Shown here piece after piece: positions 1-9,767 of a stretch of DNA of 64,000 bases. The notes beneath the pieces were generated by a model. The model was not told the DNA's origin. It saw nothing but the letters and a program-made list of their open reading frames with translations, and ran no database searches. The translations under genes and the position numbers were made by a program. The stretch's first letter is position 1. Each line of letters opens with the position of its first letter. The DNA is from Deltaproteobacteria bacterium (lineage in GTDB: Bacteria > Desulfobacterota > Binatia > UBA12015): NCBI GenBank assembly GCA_016874795.1, contig VGTG01000008.1, positions 9,342-73,341 on the forward strand. The letters are read 5' to 3'.

Positions 1-2
1 TC

Positions 3-779
3 GACAACCTCGTCCGCTTCGAGGAGTCCGTCGGGCCGGCCGCGATCTACCGATTCAATCGCTTCCCGTCGGCGACGATCTCCGCGGGTCTCACTCCGGG
101 CCACGCCGTCGGGGACGGCATCGCCGCGCTCGACGAGATCGCCGACGAGATCCTCCCGGAGGAGATCCGGACGAGCCTCGCGGGGCAGTCACGCGACTTC
201 GCGGACGCTTCGGCGAGCTTGATCTTCGCCTTCGCGTTCGCGCTCGTGCTGATCTACCTCGTCCTCGCGGCGCAGTTCGAGAGCTTCCGCGACCCGGTCA
301 TCATCCTGATGACGGTTCCGCTCTCGCTCTCGGGCGCGCTCCTCACGCTGGTCCTCTTCGGCCAGACGCTGAACGTCTTCAGCCAGATCGGCATGATCCT
401 GCTGATCGGCCTCGTCACGAAGAACGGCATCCTGATCGTCGAGTTCGCGAACCAGCGGCGCGAGACGGGTCTCGGCGCGCTCGAGGCGGTCGTCGAGGCT
501 TCGACGGAGCGGCTCCGGCCGATCCTCATGACCGCCCTCGCGACGGCGCTCGGCGCGCTGCCGATCGCGCTCGCGCTCGGCGGAGCTTCGGGAAGCCGGC
601 GGTCGCTCGGCATCGCGGTGGTCGGCGGCCTCGTGTTCTCGACGCTCCTCACGCTGTACGTCGTTCCGGCGGTGTACGTGTACCTCTCGACGGCGCGCGT
701 TCACGAGCCGATCGCCGAGACCGCCCCCGAAGCGGCGGCGGCTCCCGCTCCCGGCGAAGGAATCCGCGTGCGCGGTTGA
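3..779 (+). CDS. RND efflux transporter (AcrB/AcrD/AcrF family), C-terminal part; runs in from the left edge
   Basis: Open frame from base 3; motifs LAAQFES, IGLVTKNGILIVEFAN, ERLRPILMT, VGGLVFSTLLTLYVVP. Confidence 0.92.
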   Translation, partial: DNLVRFEESVGPAAIYRFNRFPSATISAGLTPGHAVGDGIAALDEIADEILPEEIRTSLAGQSRDFADASASLIFAFAFALVLIYLVLAAQFESFRDPVIILMTVPLSLSGALLTLVLFGQTLNVFSQIGMILLIGLVTKNGILIVEFANQRRETGLGALEAVVEASTERLRPILMTALATALGALPIALALGGASGSRRSLGIAVVGGLVFSTLLTLYVVPAVYVYLSTARVHEPIAETAPEAAAAPAPGEGIRVRG

Positions 780-810
780 CCGTGCCCGCCGCCGCCTGCT
801 TTCTCGTCTG

Positions 811-2382
811 GTGCCCGGGCGGCGAACGGCGATCCTCCTCGCGGCGATCCTCTGCCTCGGCTGCAGCGGGTCCGCGCGCGCGCCCGCGGCGGGCTCCGCT
901 TCGCCCGGCGACGCCCTCGAGGCGTGTCCCGTGAGCATCGGCGGTGCGCCGGACGACGGCGCGCTACCTCAGGAGGACGATCCCGTCGTCGCGGTGCGGA
1001 AGCGAGCCTGGGAGGAGGCGCACGGCGGCAAGGAAGCCGCGCGCTCCTTCGTGCAGGCGCGCCTCGGGGGCTGGCCGAGCCGCGTCCTCGCCGATGCTTC
1101 TCGTCTTCCGCGCGGGCGGGCGTTCCTCGAGCGCGTCGCGCGCGACACCTGGCGCGGGCTCGAGGCGATGACGGACCGCGAGAACGGTCTTCCCATCGAC
1201 CACGTGTGGCTCGACGGAAAGTCGACCGCTCTCGCGGACGCCGAGATCGGCGATTACACGAACGTCACGTCGATCGGCCTGCGGCTGATCTCGCTCGTCG
1301 CGGCGCGGGACCTCGGACTCGTCACGCCCGGAGCGGCGCGCGCGAGCGCTTCGCGCATCCTCGACACGCTCGGCGTCCTCGAGACGCACGAGGGCTACTT
1401 CTACAACTACTACGACACGACGACGCTCGAGCGGACGAGCAACTTCCTCTCGTTCGTCGATCTCTCGTGGCTCGTCGCCGGTCTGATCGTGACGCGCGGC
1501 GCTTTCCCGGAGCTCGCCCCACGTGCCTCGGCGCTGATCGAGAGGCTCGACCTCGGCTTCTTCTACGACGAAGCGAAGGGCCGCGTCTCGCACGGCTACT
1601 TCACGCACCGGCGTGCGCGATCGCGCTACGACTACGGCGTGCTCTACACGGAAGCGCGGCTCGGCGTCCTCCTCGCGATCGGCAAGGGCGACGTGCCGGC
1701 GGCGGCGTGGCATCGCCTGGTGCGCGTCTTCCCGGCCGCGTGCACGGAGCAGTCCCTCCCGCCGCAGGGGCTCCACCGCGTGCGGATCGACGGGGTCGAG
1801 CTGCTGCGCGGCTGGTACGAGTGGAGCGGGTTCCGCTACGTGCCTTCGTGGGGCGGCAGCATGTTCGAGGCGCTGATGCCGACGCTCGTACTCGACGAGC
1901 GAGCGCTCGCGCCGGCGAGCCTCGGCGACAACGATCGCGTCCACGCCGAGGTGCAGGAGCGTTGGGCGACGCAGGAGCTTCTCTACCCGGTGTGGGGGCT
2001 CTCGCCGAGCTCGCGGCCGGGCTCGAGGCACTACGGCGAGTTCGGCGTGCGCATCCTCGGCTCGCGCGGCTACGGCGACGGTGTCGTGACACCGCACGCG
2101 GCGGCGCTGGCGCTCGAGTTCCGGTCCGAGAGCGCGGCCGCGACGCTGCGCGCGATCGCCGAGCGCTATCCGATCTACGGCGAGTGGGGCTTCTACGACG
2201 CGGTCGATCCGACCTCGGGCGAGGTCGCGTACCAGTACCTCGGCCTCGACCAGTCGATGCTCTTCCTCGCGGTCGCGAATCACTTGAGCGGCGGCGCGCT
2301 CCGCGCGCGCTTCGCCGAAGATCCGATCCTCCGGCGCGTGCGGCCGCTCCTCGCCGCCGAGTCCTTCTTCGGCCGAGGCTGA
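811..2382 (+). CDS. Glucoamylase-like/DUF3131 (GH144-related, putative beta-1,2-glucanase) lipoprotein
   Basis: Lipobox-like LCLGC; motifs YTNVTSIG, GYFYNYYDT, TEARL, SWGGSMFEALMP, WGLSPS, VTPHAA, WGFYDAVDP, LGLDQSM shared with GH144/cyclic glucan synthase-type domains. Confidence 0.78.
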   Translation: MPGRRTAILLAAILCLGCSGSARAPAAGSASPGDALEACPVSIGGAPDDGALPQEDDPVVAVRKRAWEEAHGGKEAARSFVQARLGGWPSRVLADASRLPRGRAFLERVARDTWRGLEAMTDRENGLPIDHVWLDGKSTALADAEIGDYTNVTSIGLRLISLVAARDLGLVTPGAARASASRILDTLGVLETHEGYFYNYYDTTTLERTSNFLSFVDLSWLVAGLIVTRGAFPELAPRASALIERLDLGFFYDEAKGRVSHGYFTHRRARSRYDYGVLYTEARLGVLLAIGKGDVPAAAWHRLVRVFPAACTEQSLPPQGLHRVRIDGVELLRGWYEWSGFRYVPSWGGSMFEALMPTLVLDERALAPASLGDNDRVHAEVQERWATQELLYPVWGLSPSSRPGSRHYGEFGVRILGSRGYGDGVVTPHAAALALEFRSESAAATLRAIAERYPIYGEWGFYDAVDPTSGEVAYQYLGLDQSMLFLAVANHLSGGALRARFAEDPILRRVRPLLAAESFFGRG

Positions 2383-2391
2383 GGCGCGGAC

Positions 2392-3498
2392 GTGGCGAGC
2401 CTCGTCTTCGAGAACGTCGAGAAGGTCTTCCCGGGCGGGACGAAGGCTCTCGTCGGCGTGAACCTCCACGTCGAGGATGGCGAGCTGATCGTGCTCGTCG
2501 GGCCGTCGGGCTGCGGCAAGTCGACGCTGCTGCGGATCGTCGCCGGTCTCGACGTGCCGACGCGCGGCACGATCCGCATCGACGACCGCGTCGCGAACGA
2601 CCTCTCGCCGCGCGACCGGAACGTCGCGATGGTCTTCCAGGACTACGCGCTCTATCCGCACATGACCGTCCGCGAGAACCTCGAGTTCCCGTTGAAGATG
2701 CGCGGCCAGTCGCGGGAGGACCGCGAGAAGCGCATCGCCTGGGCGGCGGAGGTGCTCGAGCTCGGAAGTCTCCTCGATCGCCGGCCGCGGCAGCTCTCCG
2801 GCGGCCAGCAGCAGCGCGTCGCGATGGGGCGCGCACTCGTGCGGGAGCCCTCGGTCTTCCTCCTCGACGAGCCGCTCTCGAACCTCGACGCGAAGCTCCG
2901 CGTCGAGGTGCGCGCCGAGATCGCCGAGCTGCAGCGACGAATGAAGACGACGATGCTCTACGTGACGCACGACCAGACGGAGGCGATGACGCTCGGCGAT
3001 CGCGTCGCGGTCCTGCGCGCGGGCCGCGTCCTGCAGGTCGCGCCGCCGCGCGAGCTCTACGATCGGCCGGCGGAAGCGTTCGTCGCGGGCTTCATCGGGA
3101 ATCCGCCGATGAACTTGTTCCCGGCGAAGCTCGAGGCAAGCGGAGGAGATCGCTCGCTCGTCTTCGCGGGTCGAAAGCTCTCGCTCGACGGACGGCTCGC
3201 CGAGTCGTCCGCGCTCGAGCCTGGAGAGGTGACGGCGGGAATCCGCCCGGAGGCGTTCGTCCTCGCGGACGAAGCGAACGACGATGCGATTCCCGGCCGC
3301 GTCGAGCACGTCGAATGGCTCGGGCACGAGACGCTCGCGCACGTGCACGTGGGGTCGAGCGAAGAAGCGGTTCGCCTCGTCGCGCGGCTTCCGGGAATGC
3401 AGGCGCTCGAGCGCGGCCAGGAGATCGCGCTCGCCGTCGCGGAGCGCTCGGTGCATCTCTTCCCAGCGGAGCGGGACGAAGCGAAAGCTCTGCCGTAG
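2392..3498 (+). CDS. Sugar ABC transporter ATP-binding protein (MalK/UgpC family)
   Basis: Walker A GPSGCGKS, LSGGQQQR signature, LLDEPLSNLD, YVTHDQ, FIGNPPMN, C-terminal TOBE-like region. Confidence 0.95.
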   Translation: MASLVFENVEKVFPGGTKALVGVNLHVEDGELIVLVGPSGCGKSTLLRIVAGLDVPTRGTIRIDDRVANDLSPRDRNVAMVFQDYALYPHMTVRENLEFPLKMRGQSREDREKRIAWAAEVLELGSLLDRRPRQLSGGQQQRVAMGRALVREPSVFLLDEPLSNLDAKLRVEVRAEIAELQRRMKTTMLYVTHDQTEAMTLGDRVAVLRAGRVLQVAPPRELYDRPAEAFVAGFIGNPPMNLFPAKLEASGGDRSLVFAGRKLSLDGRLAESSALEPGEVTAGIRPEAFVLADEANDDAIPGRVEHVEWLGHETLAHVHVGSSEEAVRLVARLPGMQALERGQEIALAVAERSVHLFPAERDEAKALP

Positions 3499-3645
3499 CC
3501 CGCACGGTCGCCGCGAAGGCTTTCCTGTGACGAGCGCAAGGAGCGTGCGAGCGAAGCTCGCGTGCCTGCGCTTGGAGGTCGCTTCCCGACGAGCCACCCG
3601 CGAACGAATGAGCGAAATTCGTTTGTCGCCGGGGGTCACTCGTGG

Positions 3646-3831
3646 CTAGCCTGCATTTCTCACCAGATCACGTCGCGAGGCGGTCGAGAGTGCCGAAGAT
3701 TCGCGAGCCTCGGACCGGAGGGCGACGCAGGCGTACTTGAACAGTACGTCGAGGAGCCCGGAGGGAGAAGCTCGCGAAGATTCGGTGCTATCGGCCGCCG
3801 CAGTAGGGATCTGGTGAGAAATGCAGGCTAG
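3646..3831. mobile_element. MITE-like element, copy 1 (186 bp including both CTAG ends)
   Basis: 24-nt perfect terminal inverted repeat CTAGCCTGCATTTCTCACCAGATC; exact reverse complement of 21382..21567; no transposase. Confidence 0.88.
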
Positions 3832-4448
3832 AGCGAGGGCTCGAAGCGCTGCCAGACGAGAAGCCGGTTGTTCGCCGGCATCGCAGCGTCCTCCAGGAGC
3901 CGGAGGTCCGCCGCTCGCGCGAGGCGGTCGACCTCCTCGAAGTCACGGATGCCGCTCGCGGGGTCCCGCCGGCGGAGGAACGCGTCGAATGCTTCGTTGC
4001 TGGGGCTCGTCCAGGTCCCGCCGTAGTTGAAGGGGCCGTAGAGGAGGAATCGCTTTCCGGGGACGAGGAGCTTCGCCACGCCCCGGACGAAGCGCTCGAC
4101 CGACGCCCACGACATGATGTGCGTCGTGTTCGCGGAGAAGACGGCGTCGAAGCGCGTCCCGGGCCAGACGTCGTCGTCGACGTCGAGAGCGATCGGCTCC
4201 TCGACGTTCGCGAGCGCTGCGCGTGCGACGCGCGCCCGCACGACGTCGAGCTCCGCGCGCCGATCGCTCGGCTGCCAGACCGCGGAGGGCAGCTCGCTCG
4301 CGAAGAACACGACGTGCTGGCCCGTTCCGCTGCCGATCTCGAGCACGCGGTCCTTCGCCGCGAGGTGCCGGCGGAGGATCGCGAGGATCGGCCGCTTGTT
4401 GTTCTCGCAGGCTTGCGAGAAGGGAAGGTCGTCGAAGCCGTCGCTCAC
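3828..4448 (-). CDS. DUF938 family SAM-dependent methyltransferase
   Basis: GTG start overlapping upstream stop (GTGA); PFSQACENNKRPIL, VLEIGSGTGQH, YGPFNYGG, SNEAFD, MPANN motifs; it is the 3' part of track ORF 3828..6269. Confidence 0.9.
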   Translation of the reverse strand: MSDGFDDLPFSQACENNKRPILAILRRHLAAKDRVLEIGSGTGQHVVFFASELPSAVWQPSDRRAELDVVRARVARAALANVEEPIALDVDDDVWPGTRFDAVFSANTTHIMSWASVERFVRGVAKLLVPGKRFLLYGPFNYGGTWTSPSNEAFDAFLRRRDPASGIRDFEEVDRLARAADLRLLEDAAMPANNRLLVWQRFEPSL

Positions 4449-7400
4449 GGCGCGCTTGGCGGCTGCGCCCATTCGAGCTCGACCTCGGTCGGGAACGTGC
4501 GCAACGTCACCGTCGAGGCGCCCGGCTCGAGCGTGATCTCCTTCCCGTCGGCCGTGACGCGCGTCAGCGGACCCGGGACCGGCGGTGCGAGGACGATCCC
4601 GCCGGCGGGCACGTCGACGTCGCCCGAGAACCACCAATGGAGCCGCGTCGGCCCGTCCCGTGCGAGACGGTAGTGGAGGATGCCGTCCGCCGTCGGCAGC
4701 CGCTCGACGGAGACGCCGGATCCTTCGAGGACCCACGCGGCGGGCAGACCCGCTCCGAGCACGAGCGCCGAGTCCTCGCTTCGCTCGTACACGAGCATGT
4801 TGCGGAGTGCGCTCAGGAACGACGACGCGACCCAGGTGTGCGGCGTGTCGCCGATGAACCGTGGCAGCGCCGGGTCCCGCCAGACGATCTCGCCCCACTG
4901 GTGCCACTCCGGCGGACGGAGCCCTTCGAGCATCGTCCGCAGGAGCTCGTACGCGTCCTCTCGGCGGCCCATGTGGATCAGAGCGTCGACGTTGCGGAGC
5001 TCGTAGGGCGTGTAGCCCTCGTCTCCGGGTGGGCGCTTGGCGCGCTCGCGCACGTACGTCAAGTAAAGGTCGAAGGTCTTCGCGAGCGCCTTCGCGGGCA
5101 GGTGCGGCAGCTCTCCGCCCGGCGTCACCGCCGCCGCGGTCGAGGTCGCGTCGAAGTCGCCGAGCTCGACCGAGCCGGGCAGGAAGTCGATCGCGTGCTT
5201 CTTCATCGTGCGCTCGAGCGAAGCGTAGAGATCGCGCCGGAAGTCGTCGCGCAGCGCCGACCACTTCGCGACGCGCTCGGGATCGCTCACGAGGCCCGCG
5301 AGGTACACCGCGTCCTCGAACCCGCGCAGCGTGAAGAAGTCGTCCCAGTAAGAGTGCACCGGCCGCGCCGAGTAGCCCTCGTGGCTGATCGATTCGGGAA
5401 CGAGGCCGAAGAACGGGAGTTTGTCCGGTGCGCGATACTCGGCGGTCATGCGCGTCGCACGCAGCGCCTCGAGGAAGTCGACCGCGCGCACGACGCTCGG
5501 CCACATCTCCCAGAGAAAGCCGATGTCGCGCGTGTAGCGGACGTACGTCGCGATCCCGTACACGAATTGCCCGTTGCTGTCGTTCTCGGGCACGCGATCC
5601 GGGCCGCGCTGGTCGATGCAGCACGGGATGCGTCCGTCCGGGAGCTGGTAGGTGGCGAACCAGCGCAGGAAGTCGCGCGCCGTCCCCGGATGTCCGTACG
5701 CGAGGAGCGCGCTCGAGGTGAGCGTACCGTCGCGGATCCACGAGCGGCCGTACGTGCGCGAGCCCGGCTGGATCGCCGGCCCGTCGCGATTGATCTCCAT
5801 GTACGCGAGCGTGCTCTTCGCGATGCGGACGATGCGCTCCCCTTCGGGACCGGGGAGAGTGATGCCGACACGCCCGAGATCGCGCTCCCACGCACGGCTC
5901 TCCTCGGTCAGCTTTGCCGCGAACATCTTCTCCGGCGAACCGCTCGGAGCGAGCGCCTCGAGCCCCGCCGGCGGATGGAAGGGCACGGCGACGATCACGT
6001 CGCGCGCCTCGTGCGGCGCGAGCGCCAGGCGATACTCGAACGCTCCCGAAGCGTAGCCGAACGGGTCCGAGATCTCGGCGCGCGGCGGCACGCGGCCCTC
6101 GCGCAGGTACGTCGAGAAGAGATCCTCCTCGAACGTCGCCGCGCCGAAGCGCTCCGCGGGCGTCAAGGAGACGACCGGCTGCTTCGCGTCCACCCAGGCC
6201 GTCTGCGGCGAGCTCGCGACGAGCGAGCGGATGCGGCTCGCGCCGCCGACGACGTTCAGCGACTGCCACGGCGGCAGGACCTGGAAGGGCCGCAGCGCGA
6301 GGAAGAGGAGCACGTCGCGGTGGGCCTCGTTCAGGTTCTCGACGCGGTAGCGCGCGTAGAGCACGGACGAGCCCGGCTCGCCGGTCGCGAGCGCCGTCAC
6401 GTGCAGGCGGATGCCGTCACTCCGCCAGCTCACCGTCGGGATCGGCAGGTAGCCGTACTCGAGCGAGCGCTCCGTCTGCACCGACTTCCACGTGAGGAGA
6501 GTCCCGTCGACGTAGAGGAACGGCTCGATCGAGAACGAGCCGACGTCGACCTCGAGCATGCCCTCCTCGTTCAGGAGCGCCTCGCGCGTATCACCGGGGA
6601 CGCCGACGACGGTCCAGTACGTCTGCTGCTGCGAGAAGTATTTCGGGTACGCGCCGGGCGGTGCGTCGGCCGCGATCGCCGCGAAGAACTCGTTCGGCGT
6701 CGCCGAGAACTCGAGCGGCTTCACGACGATCTCGCGGACACCGTAGCCGTGACCGCGATGACTGCCCGTGAGGGCGAGACGAACGCCGCTCGCCTCCGTG
6801 TCGTGGAGGTAGATGTAGTTCCGCCGCCCGCTGCCCGACGTCGTGCCGTAGACGCGACGCCAGGTGCCGTCCTCGTTGATCTCGACGCGATAGGAGGTGG
6901 CGTGGTCCTCGGGCTCCCAGTCGATCACGAGGCCGCCGAATTCGGTCGGGCCTCCGAAATCGAGCTCGATCCATTGATCGCGGCCGACCGAGCCGCTGCG
7001 CCAGGACGTCGCCGGATCGCCGTCCGTCGCCGCTTCGGGCGGGTGGCCCTCGATCGACGTCGAGGCGATCACGCTCGGACGTGGCGTCTTCAACGCTCGG
7101 GAGGGCCGCGGCTCGAAGCGGAGGTTCTCGACCCAGACGGAGCCCTTGCCGCCGCTGCCGGCGGTGATCGCGATCTCGACGAAGCCGGTGCGCGTGAGCG
7201 GCTCGCCGCCCGAGTTCCCCCAAGCGTAGCGCAGGCGCGAGCGACGGAACGTGACGCGCTCCCAGTCCGGCGGAAACTCGAAATCGCGATCGATCGCCCA
7301 CCAGACGTTGTCGCCGGTGGGATCGACGAGCTTGAACTCGAGGTTGTTCGGCTTCGCCTCGCCGCGGACGTCGAACGCGAAGACGTAGTTTTGCGGAAGC

Positions 7401-7681
7401 CGGTGCGACAGCGGCCGGCGCGCGATGACGAAGCCGCCGATGCCGAGATCGAAGTCGATCCGCATCGCCCGGCCGCGGCGTCCGAGGTCGTGCGCGAGCT
7501 CGACCGAGGCGCCGGGCGATGCCGTGGCGGTCCACGGCGAGAGGTCCTCGAAGTCGTCGACGATCGAGGCGAGCGCCGGCTCGGCCGAGGCCGGGTCGCC
7601 GGACGAGAGCCCGAGCATCAGTACGACGAGAGCCGCAAGGATCGCGCTCGCCCACGGGCCTTTCCCCTCCACCTGCCTCAC
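4445..7681 (-). CDS. Secreted discoidin (F5/8 type C)/CBM domain protein with C-terminal (alpha/alpha)6 glycoside hydrolase-like domain
   Basis: Signal peptide; ATDGDPATSWRS and WIELDFG discoidin motifs; IQPGSRTYGRSWIRDG, PESISHEGYS, HSYWDDF, FIGDTPHTWV. Confidence 0.8.
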   Translation of the reverse strand: MRQVEGKGPWASAILAALVVLMLGLSSGDPASAEPALASIVDDFEDLSPWTATASPGASVELAHDLGRRGRAMRIDFDLGIGGFVIARRPLSHRLPQNYVFAFDVRGEAKPNNLEFKLVDPTGDNVWWAIDRDFEFPPDWERVTFRRSRLRYAWGNSGGEPLTRTGFVEIAITAGSGGKGSVWVENLRFEPRPSRALKTPRPSVIASTSIEGHPPEAATDGDPATSWRSGSVGRDQWIELDFGGPTEFGGLVIDWEPEDHATSYRVEINEDGTWRRVYGTTSGSGRRNYIYLHDTEASGVRLALTGSHRGHGYGVREIVVKPLEFSATPNEFFAAIAADAPPGAYPKYFSQQQTYWTVVGVPGDTREALLNEEGMLEVDVGSFSIEPFLYVDGTLLTWKSVQTERSLEYGYLPIPTVSWRSDGIRLHVTALATGEPGSSVLYARYRVENLNEAHRDVLLFLALRPFQVLPPWQSLNVVGGASRIRSLVASSPQTAWVDAKQPVVSLTPAERFGAATFEEDLFSTYLREGRVPPRAEISDPFGYASGAFEYRLALAPHEARDVIVAVPFHPPAGLEALAPSGSPEKMFAAKLTEESRAWERDLGRVGITLPGPEGERIVRIAKSTLAYMEINRDGPAIQPGSRTYGRSWIRDGTLTSSALLAYGHPGTARDFLRWFATYQLPDGRIPCCIDQRGPDRVPENDSNGQFVYGIATYVRYTRDIGFLWEMWPSVVRAVDFLEALRATRMTAEYRAPDKLPFFGLVPESISHEGYSARPVHSYWDDFFTLRGFEDAVYLAGLVSDPERVAKWSALRDDFRRDLYASLERTMKKHAIDFLPGSVELGDFDATSTAAAVTPGGELPHLPAKALAKTFDLYLTYVRERAKRPPGDEGYTPYELRNVDALIHMGRREDAYELLRTMLEGLRPPEWHQWGEIVWRDPALPRFIGDTPHTWVASSFLSALRNMLVYERSEDSALVLGAGLPAAWVLEGSGVSVERLPTADGILHYRLARDGPTRLHWWFSGDVDVPAGGIVLAPPVPGPLTRVTADGKEITLEPGASTVTLRTFPTEVELEWAQPPSAP

Positions 7682-7771
7682 CCCCGCACCGCCTCCCGCA
7701 TAGTATCGGCCCGCGGGCCGTTTTGAGAAAGGACGCGAATTTACAGAGCGGCCGCCCGCCGCGCCGCCGGA

Positions 7772-8593
7772 TCAGCCCTTCACGCTGCCGCTGACCACGC
7801 CCGCCACGTAGTAGCGCTGCAGCGCCAGGAACAGGACGACCATCGGCGCGACGGTCAGCACGGACCCGGCCATCATCAGCTCGACGTCCTGGGCGTGCTC
7901 GCCGAGCAGGTTCGCGAGCGCCACCGGCAGCGTGAACCGGTCCTGGTCCGAGAGGACGATCAGCGGCCAGAGGAAGTCGTTCCAGGTGCCCATGAACGTG
8001 AAGAGCGCGAGCGTCGTCAGGATCGGGGTGCACGCGGGCAGGACGAACGATCGGTAGATGCGCAGCTCGCCCGCTCCGTCGATCCGCGCGGCGTCGAGAA
8101 GGCTGTCCGGGATCGACTGCGCGTACTGGCGGACGAGGAAGATTCCGAAGATGCTCGCGAGGCCCGGGATCACCACGCCGGCGTACGTGTTGATGAGCCC
8201 CATCCCCTTCAGCATCAGGAAGAGCGGCAGCATGCCGACCTGTGCCGGAATGACGAGCGCGGCGAGAAGCGTCCGGAACAGCGCGTCGCGTCCGCGGAAC
8301 GGCAGCTTCGCGAACGCGTAGCCGGCCATCGAGTTCAGGACGAGCGAGATCGCCGTCACGGCGGTCGCGAGGAGAGCGCTGTTCGCGGCGTAGCCGGCGA
8401 CGTCGAGGCGCGTGAAGAGCGTCCGGTAGTGCTCGAGCGTCGGCGCGCTCGGCAGGAGGCGGAGCGGCAAGCGCGACGCTTCGCCGGTCGGCATCAGCGA
8501 GACGGAGACCATCCACGCGAGCGGGAGGAGCGTCAGCCCCGCCGCGAGGACGAGCGCCGCGTTCACCGCGATCGCGCGTGCGGAGCGGCTCAA
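7772..8593 (-). CDS. Carbohydrate ABC transporter permease (MalG-like)
   Basis: TTG start overlapping upstream stop; EAA-like loop SIPDSLLDAARIDGAGE; WNDFLWPL; several TM helices. Confidence 0.92.
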   Translation of the reverse strand: MSRSARAIAVNAALVLAAGLTLLPLAWMVSVSLMPTGEASRLPLRLLPSAPTLEHYRTLFTRLDVAGYAANSALLATAVTAISLVLNSMAGYAFAKLPFRGRDALFRTLLAALVIPAQVGMLPLFLMLKGMGLINTYAGVVIPGLASIFGIFLVRQYAQSIPDSLLDAARIDGAGELRIYRSFVLPACTPILTTLALFTFMGTWNDFLWPLIVLSDQDRFTLPVALANLLGEHAQDVELMMAGSVLTVAPMVVLFLALQRYYVAGVVSGSVKG

Positions 8594-9567
8594 GCGCGTC
8601 CTCCGCGCGCCGCCTCGGGGGCGTCGAGGCCGCCGCCGAGCGCACGCAGGCGGGTCGCGACTACGGTGAGCACGAGGATCACGGCGAAGAGCACGAACGA
8701 GATCGCCGCCGCATAGCCGAGGTTCCACCACCGGAACCCCTCGAGATAGGTGAGGAGCACGACGCTGAGCGTGCTGTTCGCGGGTCCGCCCTGCGTCATC
8801 ACGTACGGCTCCGCGAAGAGCTGGAAGTGGCCGATCATCGTCATCACGGCGACGAAGGCGAACGTCGGAGCGAGCATCGGCAGCGTGACGTGCCGGAAGC
8901 CTTGCCATGCGCCCGCGCCGTCGATGCTCGCCGCTTCGTAGAGACGCGGCGGGATCGACTGCAGGCCGGCGACGAAGATCACCATGTTGAAGCCGAAGTT
9001 CTTCCACACGGCCATCAGGATGATCGCGGGGAGAGCCCAGGTCGGATCGCCGAGCCAATCGATCGGCGCGACGCCGAACCAGGCGAGCACGCGGTTCAGG
9101 AGCCCGACGCGGGGGTGATAGAGGTAGCGCCACACGACGGCGGCGGCGATCAGCGTCGTCACGACCGGCAGGAAGAGCGCCGTCCGGAAGAGCCCGCGGA
9201 AGCGAGCGAGCTTCGCATCGACGAGCAACGCCGCACCGAGCGATACGGCAATGGATAGAGGCGCCGCAGCGATCACGAAAATGGCCGTATTGCGAAGGGC
9301 CGTCCAGAAGAGCGGATCGGTGAGGAGGGTGCCGTAATTCGCCCATCCGACGAATCGCAGGTTCCTCCGATCTGCGAGCGCGTAGATGTCGAAATCGGTC
9401 AGGCTGAGGCCGAGAGCGGCGACCACGGGCACGAGGAAGAAGATTGCGATGGCAATCAGGGCCGGCGCGACGAACAGCCGGCCCGCGACGGCGACGTGCT
9501 TCCTGCCCGTCGAAGGTTCCAAAGCATCGCTAGGTCCGGGCATCTGCCTGTAGTGCGCGCCGGACAC
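8590..9567 (-). CDS. Carbohydrate ABC transporter permease (MalF-like)
   Basis: LQSIPPRLYEAASIDGAG EAA loop; YVMTQGGPANST; exact start uncertain. Confidence 0.92.
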   Translation of the reverse strand: MSGAHYRQMPGPSDALEPSTGRKHVAVAGRLFVAPALIAIAIFFLVPVVAALGLSLTDFDIYALADRRNLRFVGWANYGTLLTDPLFWTALRNTAIFVIAAAPLSIAVSLGAALLVDAKLARFRGLFRTALFLPVVTTLIAAAVVWRYLYHPRVGLLNRVLAWFGVAPIDWLGDPTWALPAIILMAVWKNFGFNMVIFVAGLQSIPPRLYEAASIDGAGAWQGFRHVTLPMLAPTFAFVAVMTMIGHFQLFAEPYVMTQGGPANSTLSVVLLTYLEGFRWWNLGYAAAISFVLFAVILVLTVVATRLRALGGGLDAPEAARGGRA

Positions 9568-9767
9568 CGGTCAGTCAACGAAAGAGCCGTCGCGCGCTTC
9601 GTGCAGTGCTCGAAATTGCGCTGAGCGCACTTCAACACTTGCGCCAACCGCTGGGCCGGCTATTCTTCGATCGGACCAGCGCTCCCGCCCGCTTTTTACA
9701 AGCCGAGCAGCGCGATTGATCATCCGGCAGTACGGTCCGCCGGCGACCAGCCTAAAAGGAGTACACG

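Noticed and set aside
3562-3831. Small ORFs spanning the MITEs (3562..3831, 21061..21567, 21473..21745)
   Set aside because: They come from the repeat's open frames or from the channel remnant and lack independent RBS or protein motifs
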